Shown here: positions 53,576 through 64,000 of the stretch, piece by piece
How the letters are laid out: each line of letters begins with the position of its first letter
How positions within the stretch are numbered: position 1 is the first letter of the stretch
NCBI RefSeq assembly: GCF_006345805.1
Contig: NC_042999.1
Location: 44,826,001-44,890,000 of the forward strand
Direction of reading: 5' to 3'
Origin: Octopus sinensis
Lineage: Eukaryota
DNA: 64,000 nucleotides
Notes under the pieces: model-generated
The model's database searches: none
What the model was told of the DNA's origin: nothing
Seen by the model: only the letters and a program-made list of their open reading frames with translations
Made by a program: the position numbers and the translations under genes

Positions 53576-54855
53576 CGAGGGACGTTCAATAAGTAATGCT
53601 TCTGATCCACTTGCAGTTGGTTGATCTAGCTGAAATTTTGCTTGTGCAATTATTTATATCTCTATAGATTAAGTGGCAAATTACAGCTCTGAACTAATTG
53701 TAGTCTCTGATTTACAGGTGTTTGAACAGAGTCAAGTGTGAAATGGAGCCAGTTGAGTGTCGAGCAGTGATCCGGTTTTTGTATTTGAAAGGACGCACAC
53801 CACGGGAGACTTTTGATGAAATGAAAGTAACTTATGGTGATGATGCCCCATTCATATGACCTTGTAAAACGCTGGCATCGTGAATTTAAACATGGTCGGA
53901 ACTCTGTGGAAACAGCTCCCAGATCTGGTTGCCCCCTTCTGCCAATGATGAGGCATCTGTCATCAAGTTGAGGCTGCCATTTTGGAAGATCGACGCATAA
54001 CTATTTGCCAAATAGCCCATGAGGTCAAGATTAGTACCGGGTCTGTGGAAACTATCATTCATGACTATTTGCATATGCAAAAGGTGTCTGCCAGATGGAT
54101 TCCCAGGTTGCTCACACCTTTCCAGAAGCAAAAACGCGTCGAGTGCTCGAGGATGAATTTGGAGATGTGCCAAGAAGATGAGTCAAAATTTTTCAAAAGA
54201 CTGATTACACAGGATGAAACCTGGGTCCATCACTATGATTCAGAGACCAAAGCCCAGTCAATGCAGTGGAAGCACCATGACTCACCGCCTCCAAAGAAGG
54301 CAAGGGTGCAGCCCTCCGCTGGCAAGGTCATGCTCACAGTCTTCTGGGACCAGGACGGAGTAGTGTTGACAGATTTCCTGGCAAAGGGTACCACAATTAC
54401 AGGAGCCTATTATGCTTCACTTTTGAAGAAATTAAGAGAAGCTATCAAAATCAAGAGGCGGGGCAAGATCAGCAAAGGTATCCTCCTCCTGCAGGACAAC
54501 GCTCTGGCGTGTCGCCAGATCAGATGCACAGACGTGCGGCTATGAACTCCTCCCCCATCCACCCTACTCTCCTGACCTTGCACCCTCTGATTTTCACCTC
54601 TTCCCAGCCATGAAGTTGTTTTTGAAAGGAAAGCGTTTCCCAGATGATGTAGCCTTGATTTCTGAAGTCACGTCATGGTTGGAGGACCAGACTGGGGTAT
54701 TCTACAAAAACGGTCTCCAGAGCTGCATCAAACGATGGAAGAAATGCGTAACTCTGGGTGGTTCCTATGTAGAAAAAGACTAATAACTGTGCCAAGTTTT
54801 GTTGCTCTACTGCTATGGGAAGTGGGTCAGGGGCATTACTTATTGAACGCTCCTC

Positions 54856-54856
<1 letters not shown>
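53576..54856 (+). mobile_element. Full-length mariner transposon in (TA)n
   Basis: TIRs cgagggacgttcaataagtaatgc / gcattacttattgaacgctcctcg, flanked by TA. Confidence 0.95.
53743..54783 (+). pseudogene. Mariner DD34D-type transposase, frameshifted
   Basis: MEPVECRAVIRF start; SARWIPRLLT, ITQDETWVHHY, LLQDNA, HPPYSPDLAPSDF; ends YVEKD*. Confidence 0.93.
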
Positions 54857-54903
<47 letters not shown>

Positions 54904-54983
54904 TATATATTCATATATATATATATGTGTGTGTATGTATGTATATAGTTCAAATATACGGAAATCAAAGACATATATATATA

Positions 54984-55014
<31 letters not shown>

Positions 55015-55018
55015 CATG

Positions 55019-55055
<37 letters not shown>

Positions 55056-56142
55056 CTATCCATCTGTCTATCGGTCTATCGGCCTGCCAATCTATACGTA
55101 TAAAGTAATTATGAGGATTTTAAGAGACATCTCTAAAAATGCAGTTCTCTTCATTCTCTCCTCACACACTATCAACCCATTTCTTAACTTATTGATTAAT
55201 GATTCCTTATTGACAAGGAATTCCACTGATTAACCAGCTGATTAGAAGCATATTGTATGCGTATTCACTAAACTAGCTATTAAATGCACACAAAGAAGCC
55301 TCTATACAATGCAACAATGTTCAGGAATTATTCATAGTTTTCTTATATGATAGGCAAAATTAATGGTAAGAATTGAAGTAATAAGGACAAGGTAGAATAG
55401 ACGATAGTGCTGATGTTGTTCTTTAGAAGTTGGTGCATTGGTACATGAGATATGAGCGTATGTGTGTAATTATACATGCGTGCGTGTGTATCTATTTACC
55501 TATGTGTCTATTTGTCTGTCCGCCTATTTATCTATCTATCTATCTATCTATTCACATACACACACACATGCATAAACATACTCATACACTCATATATAGA
55601 CAGATGTGTACATGTATTATATATACTTACATGCATATATTCATATGCCCAAATACCTCATTAATGCTGTTTAAAATTCCAGCAAAGGAGCCTTGCATCT
55701 AGACTAGAAATTGGCTCTTTCTCTTTGGGCAAGAAATCTAGAAATGAAACTGAATAATAAAACACATACACACACACACACACACATGCCAAACCATAGA
55801 TATATATGCTCTCTCACACATGTGATTACAATTATATGCATGTAAGCATATACATAAATATGCATACAAACATGCACAGGCATACTGACATCCTTACATG
55901 GACCTCTAAATAATGTATTCAGGAGTGGGTGTGTATAAGAAGCTTGCTTCCCAACCACATGGTTCTGGGTTCAGTCCTACTGTGTGGCACCTTGGCCAAG
56001 TGCCTTCTACTATAGCCCTGGGATTACCAAAGCCTTGTAAGTAGATTTTGTAGATGGAAACTGAAAGAAGCCTATCATTACTCTACCTCCTGTATTTGAG
56101 TACTATTTTTCCCACCTTGTTTTACACTTATGTACTTATTCT

Positions 56143-56220
<78 letters not shown>

Positions 56221-56221
56221 C

Positions 56222-56835
56222 ATCATCATCATCATCATCATCAATTAACGTCCGCTTTCCATGCTAGCATGGGTTGGACGGTTCAACTGGGGTCTGGGGA
56301 GCCCGAAAGCTGCACCAGTCCAGTCAGATCTGGCAGTGTTTCTACAGCTGGATGCCCTTCCTAACGCCAACCACTCCGAGAGTGTAGTGGGTGATTTTAT
56401 GTGCCACCGACACAGGTGCCAGACGAGGCTGGCAAACGGCAAGCTCGGATGGTGTTTTTTTGTGCCACCGACACAGGTGCCAGACGAGGCTGGCAGACGG
56501 CCACGCTCGGATGGTGTTTTTTTATATGTGCCACTGACACAGGTGCCAGACGAGGCTGGCAGACAGCCACGCTCGGATGTTTTTTTATGTGCCACCGACA
56601 CAGTGCCAGACGAGGCTGGCAGACGGCCACGCTCGGATGGTGTTTTATGAGGCTGGCAACGGCCACGATCGGATTGTGCTTGTTACGTGCCACAGCACGG
56701 AGGCCAGTCGATGCGGTAGTACGGCTACGGCCACGTTCGGATGGTTTTCTTGTGTGCCACATGCACTGGTACCACAAAGATACAAATTCCATTGATGTTC
56801 ATCTATTTGATTGATTTTCACTTGCCTCAGCAGGT
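56222..56835 (-). mobile_element. RTE 3' UTR with an expanded ~60-bp tandem repeat (56399-56660)
   Basis: Four units tgtgccaccgacacaggtgccagacgaggctggcagacggccacgctcggatggtgttt plus partial units. Confidence 0.88.
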
Positions 56836-56859
56836 CATATATATAAATATATTCTTTTA

Positions 56860-57111
56860 TTTTTTTACTTGTTTCAGTCATTTGACTGTGGCCATGTTGG
56901 AGCACTGCTTCTAGTTGAGCAAATCGGCCCCAGGACTTATTCTTTGTAAGCCTAGTACTTATTCTATTCATCTCTTTTGACAAACCGCTAAGTTACAGGG
57001 ACGTAAACACACCAACCTTGGTTGTCAAACAAATGTGGGGGGACAAACACTGACACACAAACATATTCACACACATACATACATACATGCATACACACAC
57101 ACACATATATA

Positions 57112-57158
<47 letters not shown>

Positions 57159-57318
57159 GACAGGCTTCTTTCAGTTTCCATCTACCAAATCCACTCACAA
57201 GGGTTTGGTCGGTCCAAGGCTATAGTAGAAGATACTTGGCCAAGGTGCTACGCAGTGGGACTGAACCTGGAATCATGTGGTTAGTAAGCAAGCTATTTAC
57301 TACACAGCCACTCCTGCA

Positions 57319-57320
<2 letters not shown>
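56860..57320 (-). mobile_element. SINE family A, full length
   Basis: Family similarity; further partial copies at 35430-35560, 49443-49578, 50180-50285, 55920-56075. Confidence 0.88.
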
Positions 57321-57376
<56 letters not shown>

Positions 57377-57747
57377 ATGTATGCATGTAGAGAAGTAGAT
57401 AATCTCAAGCTTCAAGGATTATCTAAAGTTGACATGCCATTAAAGAAAGGGATAGGATTATTGTATAGAGATAAGAAGTCAATTGCGGATACATGTTTCT
57501 GTCTCAACAGCTGTCATCAATATATCAATAGTCTGACTTTACCTCAGGTAGCCAAGGGACTTGGAACTTACACAAGAAAGAGTAGAATGCATATATAGTG
57601 TAGGTAATTTACATCTATCTATCTGCCAGTCTGTCTGACTGTCTATCTCTCTATCTGTATACACACACACACACACACACATACACACACACACACATAA
57701 ATAAATAAATAAATGGAGTTTAATGCAGGTGTAATTCAAATTCCTTT

Positions 57748-57836
57748 ACTTCCAACACATGCTTCGAAGATATCACTGATATTATTCCAAAGAAATAAAA
57801 TAGTGTAAAACAATGTAATCTTCTCTTCATGAAAGT
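57748..57836 (-). ncRNA. Decayed hammerhead downstream of the PLE GIY-YIG coding end
   Basis: Minus strand: actttc-ATGAAGA-gaagat...atcttc-GAAG-catgtg-TT-ggaagt; stems preserved, two core substitutions. Confidence 0.65.
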
Positions 57837-58064
57837 GAAGTAATGAAACTCGTCAATAAGACATTTTAACAGAAAATGATGGATATGTATAGTGATTAAC
57901 TGAATGCTATTAATATTGTTTGAAAAAACGTTATATGATATAACGTCAGAAGTAGCCCATAGAAAGAGGAGGGATAAATTAAAGAAAAATTAAATAAATG
58001 AGAAGTATATGACTATATGTATATTAAATAAAACCTTATAAACTAGGAAAATATATATTTAGTG

Positions 58065-58067
<3 letters not shown>

Positions 58068-58098
<31 letters not shown>

Positions 58099-58194
58099 GT
58101 TTAACGTCCGTTCTCCATGCTAGCATGGGTTGGACGGTTCAACCGGGGATCTGGGAAGCCAGAAGGCTGCACCAGGATCCAGTCTTATCTGGCA
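58068..58194 (-). mobile_element. Short RTE 3'-end insertion in the left PLE arm
   Basis: Absent from the right arm; (cat)n plus RTE tail. Confidence 0.9.
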
Positions 58195-58669
58195 GTGAAA
58201 TATAAAAGAAAATTAATGTTTAAATTATATATAATGATAGAGATCGCTTATATGAACTAAAGGTGTGGCTTTGCCAATGTTTACATCGGTATGCACGCTC
58301 TATAACCGTGTTTACTAGGGGATTTTTTAGAAAGAATAATGAAAAATAGTTCAGAATTACAGAGAAGACAGAATTTCTTGCCTTTGTCATAAGGTATTGA
58401 GATTGAGAGGATCAACCAATCTAAATTAAACTGTTTATTGTGGTCTTTTAGATCCCAAATTAATTTACTGAGCCCTGTATTGTTACGTTTATTCCTATCC
58501 CTAAATGTCAAGTAATGATTAGAAATCCTTCTAGATAATTGTAAAGACGTGCTAAGTTATCTGGTAATGATTGATTGATTGATTGATTCTAGTTTCAGCT
58601 TATGAGCTGTGGCCATGCTGGGGCACCGGTTGACATTTTCTATGATAATGCCGAATTTTATAACTCTGC

Positions 58670-59093
58670 CTTACTTAAAGCATGTTATACAGAGAAAATT
58701 ATCTGCATTGATTCTACCTGGTCTTATTATTCTCATAATCAAGTATAATTTTATATTGGAAGCACGTCTTTACAATTATTTAGAAGGATTTCTAATCATT
58801 ACTCAACATTTAGGGATAGGAATAAACGTAACAGTACAGGGCTCAGTAAATGAATTTGGTATCTAAAAGACCACAATAAACAGTTTAATTTAGATTGGTT
58901 GATTCTCTCAATCTTGATACATTATAACAAAGGGAAGGAATTCTGTCTTTTCTGTAATTCTGAACTATTTTTCATTATCTTTTCTAAAAATCCCCTAGTA
59001 AACACGGTTATAGAGCGTGCATACCGATGTAAACATTGGCAAAACCACACCTTTAGTTCATATAAGCGATCTCTATCATTATATATAATTTAA
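58670..59093 (+). pseudogene. GIY-YIG endonuclease C-terminus of a Penelope-like element
   Basis: FYIGSTS..RRISNHYSTFRDRNKRNSTGLSK*IWYLKD..FNLDWLIL..FCLFCNSE..YRCKH. Confidence 0.85.
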
Positions 59094-59444
59094 ACATTAA
59101 TTTTCTTTTTATATTTCACATTCACTAAATATATATTTTCCTAGTATATAAGGTTTTATTTAATATACATATAGTCATATACTTCTCATTTATTTAGTTT
59201 TTCTTTAATTTATCCCTCCTCTTTCTATGGGCTACTTCTGACGTTATATCATATAACGTTTTTTCAAACAATATTAATAGCATTTGGTTAATCACTATAC
59301 ATATCCATCATTATATACACTATAGTATAAAGATACTTTTGTCTAAACTTACTTTTGGCTTATAACTATTTTGTCTATAGAATCTCACAAAAAAATGTTA
59401 AAGATCTAAATAACTATACTCTAATAATCCTTTTTGTCTTTAGA

Positions 59445-59525
59445 TGAAAATGCTTTTAGACCAAAGTGTATTAGACTAAAGTGGTTTAGACCAAAGCGTT
59501 TTAGACCAAAGTGCTGTATTCCCCC
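59445..59525. repeat. 15-bp tandem repeats (tttagaccaaagtg-like, about 5 units)
   Basis: Direct inspection; possibly subterminal repeats of a DNA transposon. Confidence 0.75.
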
Positions 59526-61323
59526 CACACACATATATACACATGCATACACACACACATATATACATTATGTGTGGATTAAAAAAGCTACCACTGTTTT
59601 CATGCAGAGAATTCTAAGCAATTATCAATGTCTCTTGTGGTAGGCTTGATTATTGCTAGGAATTTTTAGCATCAAACCACTGATGGCCTTGTTAAAATAC
59701 AAATAAAGAATATTTATCCACCAATGCAACATTGAGCACTCATTCTCACAGTTTGATATTAGCGTACACACACACACATGCATGCACGTATAAATGGTGA
59801 GGATGAAGAGTATATCTGTCTTGCTGTATCTATATATCATCATCGTCATTTAATGTCTATTCTCCATACTGACATAGGTTGGACGGTTTTTCCAGCTCGT
59901 CAGATCCTGTCAAACTATCCATCTAATGCCAGTATGGAAAGTGGACATTAAATAATGATGACGATATATAGTTATAGAAATATAGACATACTTTTTGGCT
60001 TCCTCTTCTTCCTTTTTTCCCCTCCTCTTCCTCCTTTTCATCATCATCTTCATGATCATTATCAGTTTTGCACCTGGTTTTCCATGCTTGCGTGAATTGG
60101 ATGGCTTCTTGCATCTGTATCAAATCTTATTTGGAATTATCCTTTCCATAGAATGGTTAGGAACTACATCTTATATAACCATTACAATTTTGGCATTGTT
60201 TCTATGGCTAGACTATTTCCTATTGATAATTGTCACTGTTCAATGGGTGCATTTTATCATGGCACTAGCACTAGAGAGGTAACTTTGATTTTGACAAGAC
60301 AAAAGAAGCCTCTCTACCTTATGTTATTTTCATTTATTTGTTCACCTGCAGCAGAAGGCAGATAGAGTAGAGTGTGACAAAAGAATACAAGAATGATAGG
60401 TTGATACACTAAAAAACTGGTAAGAGATTGGAGAGGAGAAAGTACGTGATGGATGTTGACTGTAAATGATAGAGAGGAATGGTTTGAGAATGTGCTGGAT
60501 AGTAATAAAGATGGGCAATGGTAAGAGAGTAGGAATGATAGATGTCAATAATAGGTAATAAGAGAGAAAGTGACGGTGATTGCAAAATGGGGATTGAATA
60601 CAGATAGATCTAATGTGACCTTGTTACACAAGCAGCATGATGGAAGAGAGATAGAATGGTAGTTTGGAAGTTTATTGATAGGAAAGACTATGAGTGATAG
60701 ATGAGAACATAACAACAGGAGAAAGCATTATATATTCATAAATATTTTTGTTTTCATTTAGTAACACATATTTTTACTCACATACGTTACATACATGCAC
60801 ATATATAAAACTCTCTCTCTCTCTTTTCAAACACCTACAGGATTAAAGGCATATAAATAGCAGTTACCAATGTTTGGATATCTTGAAAAAGAAGATATTT
60901 GGAAATGAGATTATGAATAAATTTAGGAATATTTCAAAGTTTTGAAGTATCTAAAGTACACTTTTTTCCTGCTTCTTCAGTGATAGTTTGAAAGATAGCA
61001 AGATTAGAAAGATAAATTGATAGAAATATAGATAGATAGATTGATTGATAGATAGTACGAGAGAAAGAGAGAGAGAGAGGTTATAGAAAAAGGGGGAGAT
61101 TTAAACAAAAACGAGGGAGGGGCAGAGATAGAAGAAAGAATTGACTTAGATGAAAAAATTGAAGAAAATAAAAGTCTATGCTTAAATCCATCATTAAGAC
61201 AATATTTAACTTACACACACACAGACACACATACGTATATACATAAATATTTGCAGAGTAATATATAAAAAATATGTACACATTGCAACTTGTTTTAACA
61301 AATCTCTGATGTTGAGTTTATAA

Positions 61324-61325
<2 letters not shown>

Positions 61326-61394
<69 letters not shown>

Positions 61395-61555
61395 TGTGTG
61401 TGTGTGTGTGTGCATGTGTGGTGTGTGTGTGCATGTGTGCGTGCATGTGTGTGTGTGTGTGTGTGGTGTGAGAGTGTGTGCATACATATCCATGTGTATG
61501 TGTGTGTATGTATATGTGTATATAATTGTCTGTGAGTGCGTGTATGTGTGAGAGA
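61326..61555. repeat. (TG)n microsatellite
   Basis: Direct inspection. Confidence 0.95.
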
Positions 61556-62231
61556 GAACATATGACTTATGTATATATGTCATGCTTAATGGCAGGTGAA
61601 TTAACTGATATTATTGTGAGGAATGTAATACAGGTTGATCGAAAGACCCAGTCTTTTATTGAAGTGACAGTGATTAACAACAATTTTTCACATTGACACA
61701 AATGATATAAATATTGTAAGTGTAGGATATGTAGTCAATAAAATGAACTGCCATATATTATTTTTTTCATCAAACCAACAAGGTGGCCTCTACATAGTAG
61801 CTTGATTTGCTAGAAATAACAACTAAATCTCTCTAAAATCACACACTATGATGATTAAAAAAAAAAAAGGGATATATTGGATATTGTAGACTTACAAAGT
61901 CTTTGATCACAGGTCTTCTCAACCAGAGCTGACCTGAGGCTAAACAACATTAGTATTTATTTTATTGATTCCAGTGAGATAAAAGAAAAAGGCAGAACAC
62001 TGTAAGGTTTGAATTCAGAACAAAGAGTTTACATAATAAATTACTTTCTGCTAATTAACTAGAGATGCACTAAGTTGGGTTGATTGAAATATATGTTTGT
62101 ACAATTATACTTAACATTGTGTGTGCTCAAATGTATAAAGACTTTTGCTGCAGAAATTGTCAGAGAGAGAAATTCTCCTTATATACAATGTGTGTGAAAA
62201 ACACTGCTGAGCTACAGACGGCATCATCAGA

Positions 62232-62276
62232 CTATAGAACATGTGTTACTGCATAATTATGCCTCATCAGCTACAG
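62232..62276 (-). ncRNA. Decayed minimal hammerhead
   Basis: Minus strand: ctgtag-CTGATGA-ggcat aatt atgca-GTAA-cacatg-TT-ctatag; GAAA mutated to GTAA. Confidence 0.65.
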
Positions 62277-62514
62277 GACACTGAATCTGCTACTTACATC
62301 CCTCTAAGAACTACTGCTCTTATATGTAAATAGGAAATAATAAATTTTCTGATGTGCACAAAGTTTTATTAAGCTGGAATTAATTAACAAGAGGTGCACA
62401 ACATTTCTATGTAACTAGTTTGTGTACAGTCAAATGTAGACAAACCTTCGCAGTGGAAATTGCCTCGGGAAACAAAAAGTCCTTAGTCTTCATTACGAAA
62501 GCAACATGTACATG

Positions 62515-63080
62515 TAGATTGTTACTGTTACCTAGGTGACCTAATTTGCAGTGGAGGTGGATGCAATCAAAGGATAGTTGCTAGAATAAGAACTGGTTGG
62601 AGAACGTTCTGAGAACTATTACCTCAGTTAATAACAGAAGGTTTCTCTATCAAAGTGAAAGGCAGATTGTACAATGTCTGTCTATGAACTGCAATGCTAC
62701 ATGGCTGTGAAGGTTGGGTTGTGAAAGCAGATGACATGCAAAGACTTGAAAGAAATGGAAGTAGCTTACTCCAACAGATGTGCAATGCCATTGTGCATTG
62801 TGCATGCATGACTGTATGGCTAAGTATATGTTGGGCATAAGAAGCATTGGATGTGATGTACTGGAGAGAAGACTGCTGGCATGGTCATGTGATGTGGATG
62901 GATGAGGACAGCTGTATGAAGAGTGCTGGTTGCTAAACATGAAAGGAACCTGTGAAATAGGGAAACTCAGGAAGATGTAGGATGAAGTGGTGAAGACTGG
63001 CTTCAAGTTGTTGAATCTCTTGATGGAGGTGAGGGTATATTGAGATGAATGGCAATATGTTGTGCTTTAGAAGACTCATC
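62515..63080 (+). mobile_element. Old RTE 3' coding relic
   Basis: Degenerate similarity to 19013-19560 (YLGDLI.SGGG, AMLHG, WHGHV). Confidence 0.75.
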
Positions 63081-64000
63081 TATCTCAGCAAGCCTCCCTT
63101 CACAGTTCTTCTTCTAACACCCAATCACCTATTAGTTCCCTGTGATGCTCTATTTCTGTCCTTCACTTCTTTTGCCCTGAACTGATATACTCTGTGTTCA
63201 TCTCATTCCCTACTGCTAATCACCTGTCATACTATTTTCACTCTTGAGCACTTACCTATCCCCATTATTTCTATTCCTCTATGTGTGAAGTAGTGTACAA
63301 GATGATACTATCACAAAATTTACGAAATATTTTTTAAAAAATTAACTATTTAAAATTTTATCTGGCATACAAAATGTCACCAACTGTTGGGGAATAAGTT
63401 TTCATATAATGTGCATTTTATGTGTAAGTGCTTTCATTGTTCAACTTTTCAACTCACATGTTCCGAGCTAAAACATATAGGGGAAGTTGTTTTTAGTAAT
63501 GATGTTAATTGTTTCTGGTTTAGTTTTGGATTTAGAATTCTTATAAAGTATTATTCTTTTGCCTTTTGTAGTTGATTATTTCTTTTATTTTGTGAAAAGG
63601 AAATATTCTGAATTTTCCATTTGCACAAATATCTAAAAGTTTACTGCTTGGAACACTTCTGAGAAATGAAATTTTAATTTGCTGCTTGTCCATGTTCACA
63701 CAGCTAGTTAGTTTTGTTCCTGTTCCTCCAATGTAATTTTCATTTCATTGTGGGCATGTGATGCTGTAAGATAAGATTTTTTGTTTTGAAATTCATGTTT
63801 GCATTCACTTTCAGTTCTTTCCCATCCTTGAACCTTTTGATCACTCCTTATTCAATTATTTCACATGTCCCACAACGAGGATCTGTAAAGAATTTTTTGA
63901 TAGTTAATAACTTTAAAAAAATCTTTATTTTAGCATCATTTTCTGCCTTGACTTTTTCCATATATATATATATAATATAAATATATTATATATATATATA

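Larger units (their letters stand above)
57875..59312. mobile_element. Penelope-like element as an inverted duplication (arms 57875-58553 / 58761-59312)
   Basis: Arms are diverged reverse complements; both encode the GIY-YIG C-terminus. Confidence 0.88.

Noticed and set aside
56399-56660. CRISPR-like periodic repeats
   Set aside because: Whole units repeat with no unique spacers; part of an RTE 3' UTR; no cas genes

Overview
AT-rich, repeat-saturated eukaryotic DNA. The tRNA-headed SINEs with internal (TA/TG)n tracts, Deu/Nin-like core SINEs, RTE LINEs with (GAT)n tails and huge (TA)n arrays suggest a coleoid cephalopod, probably Octopus (inference). No intact host gene is recognisable; at most there is a weak chain of candidate exons at ~13.9-17.5 kb. 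Most ORF-track entries are microsatellite read-through. Recognisable elements: a near-full-length frameshifted RTE LINE (APE+RT+PHD-like finger), a 5'-truncated CR1, HERO and R4/Dong-like RLE relics, a full-length decayed mariner with TIRs, Tc1, hAT, piggyBac-like and Helitron-like remnants, and a GIY-YIG Penelope-like (PLE) palindrome. Main finding: about 16 minimal type-I hammerhead ribozyme motifs in short, mutually dissimilar, mostly (TA)n-embedded and often inverted-repeat cassettes. Four have intact catalytic cores, several have long AT-rich stem II extensions, and some carry core variants. All structures and coordinates were read by eye and element boundaries are approximate.
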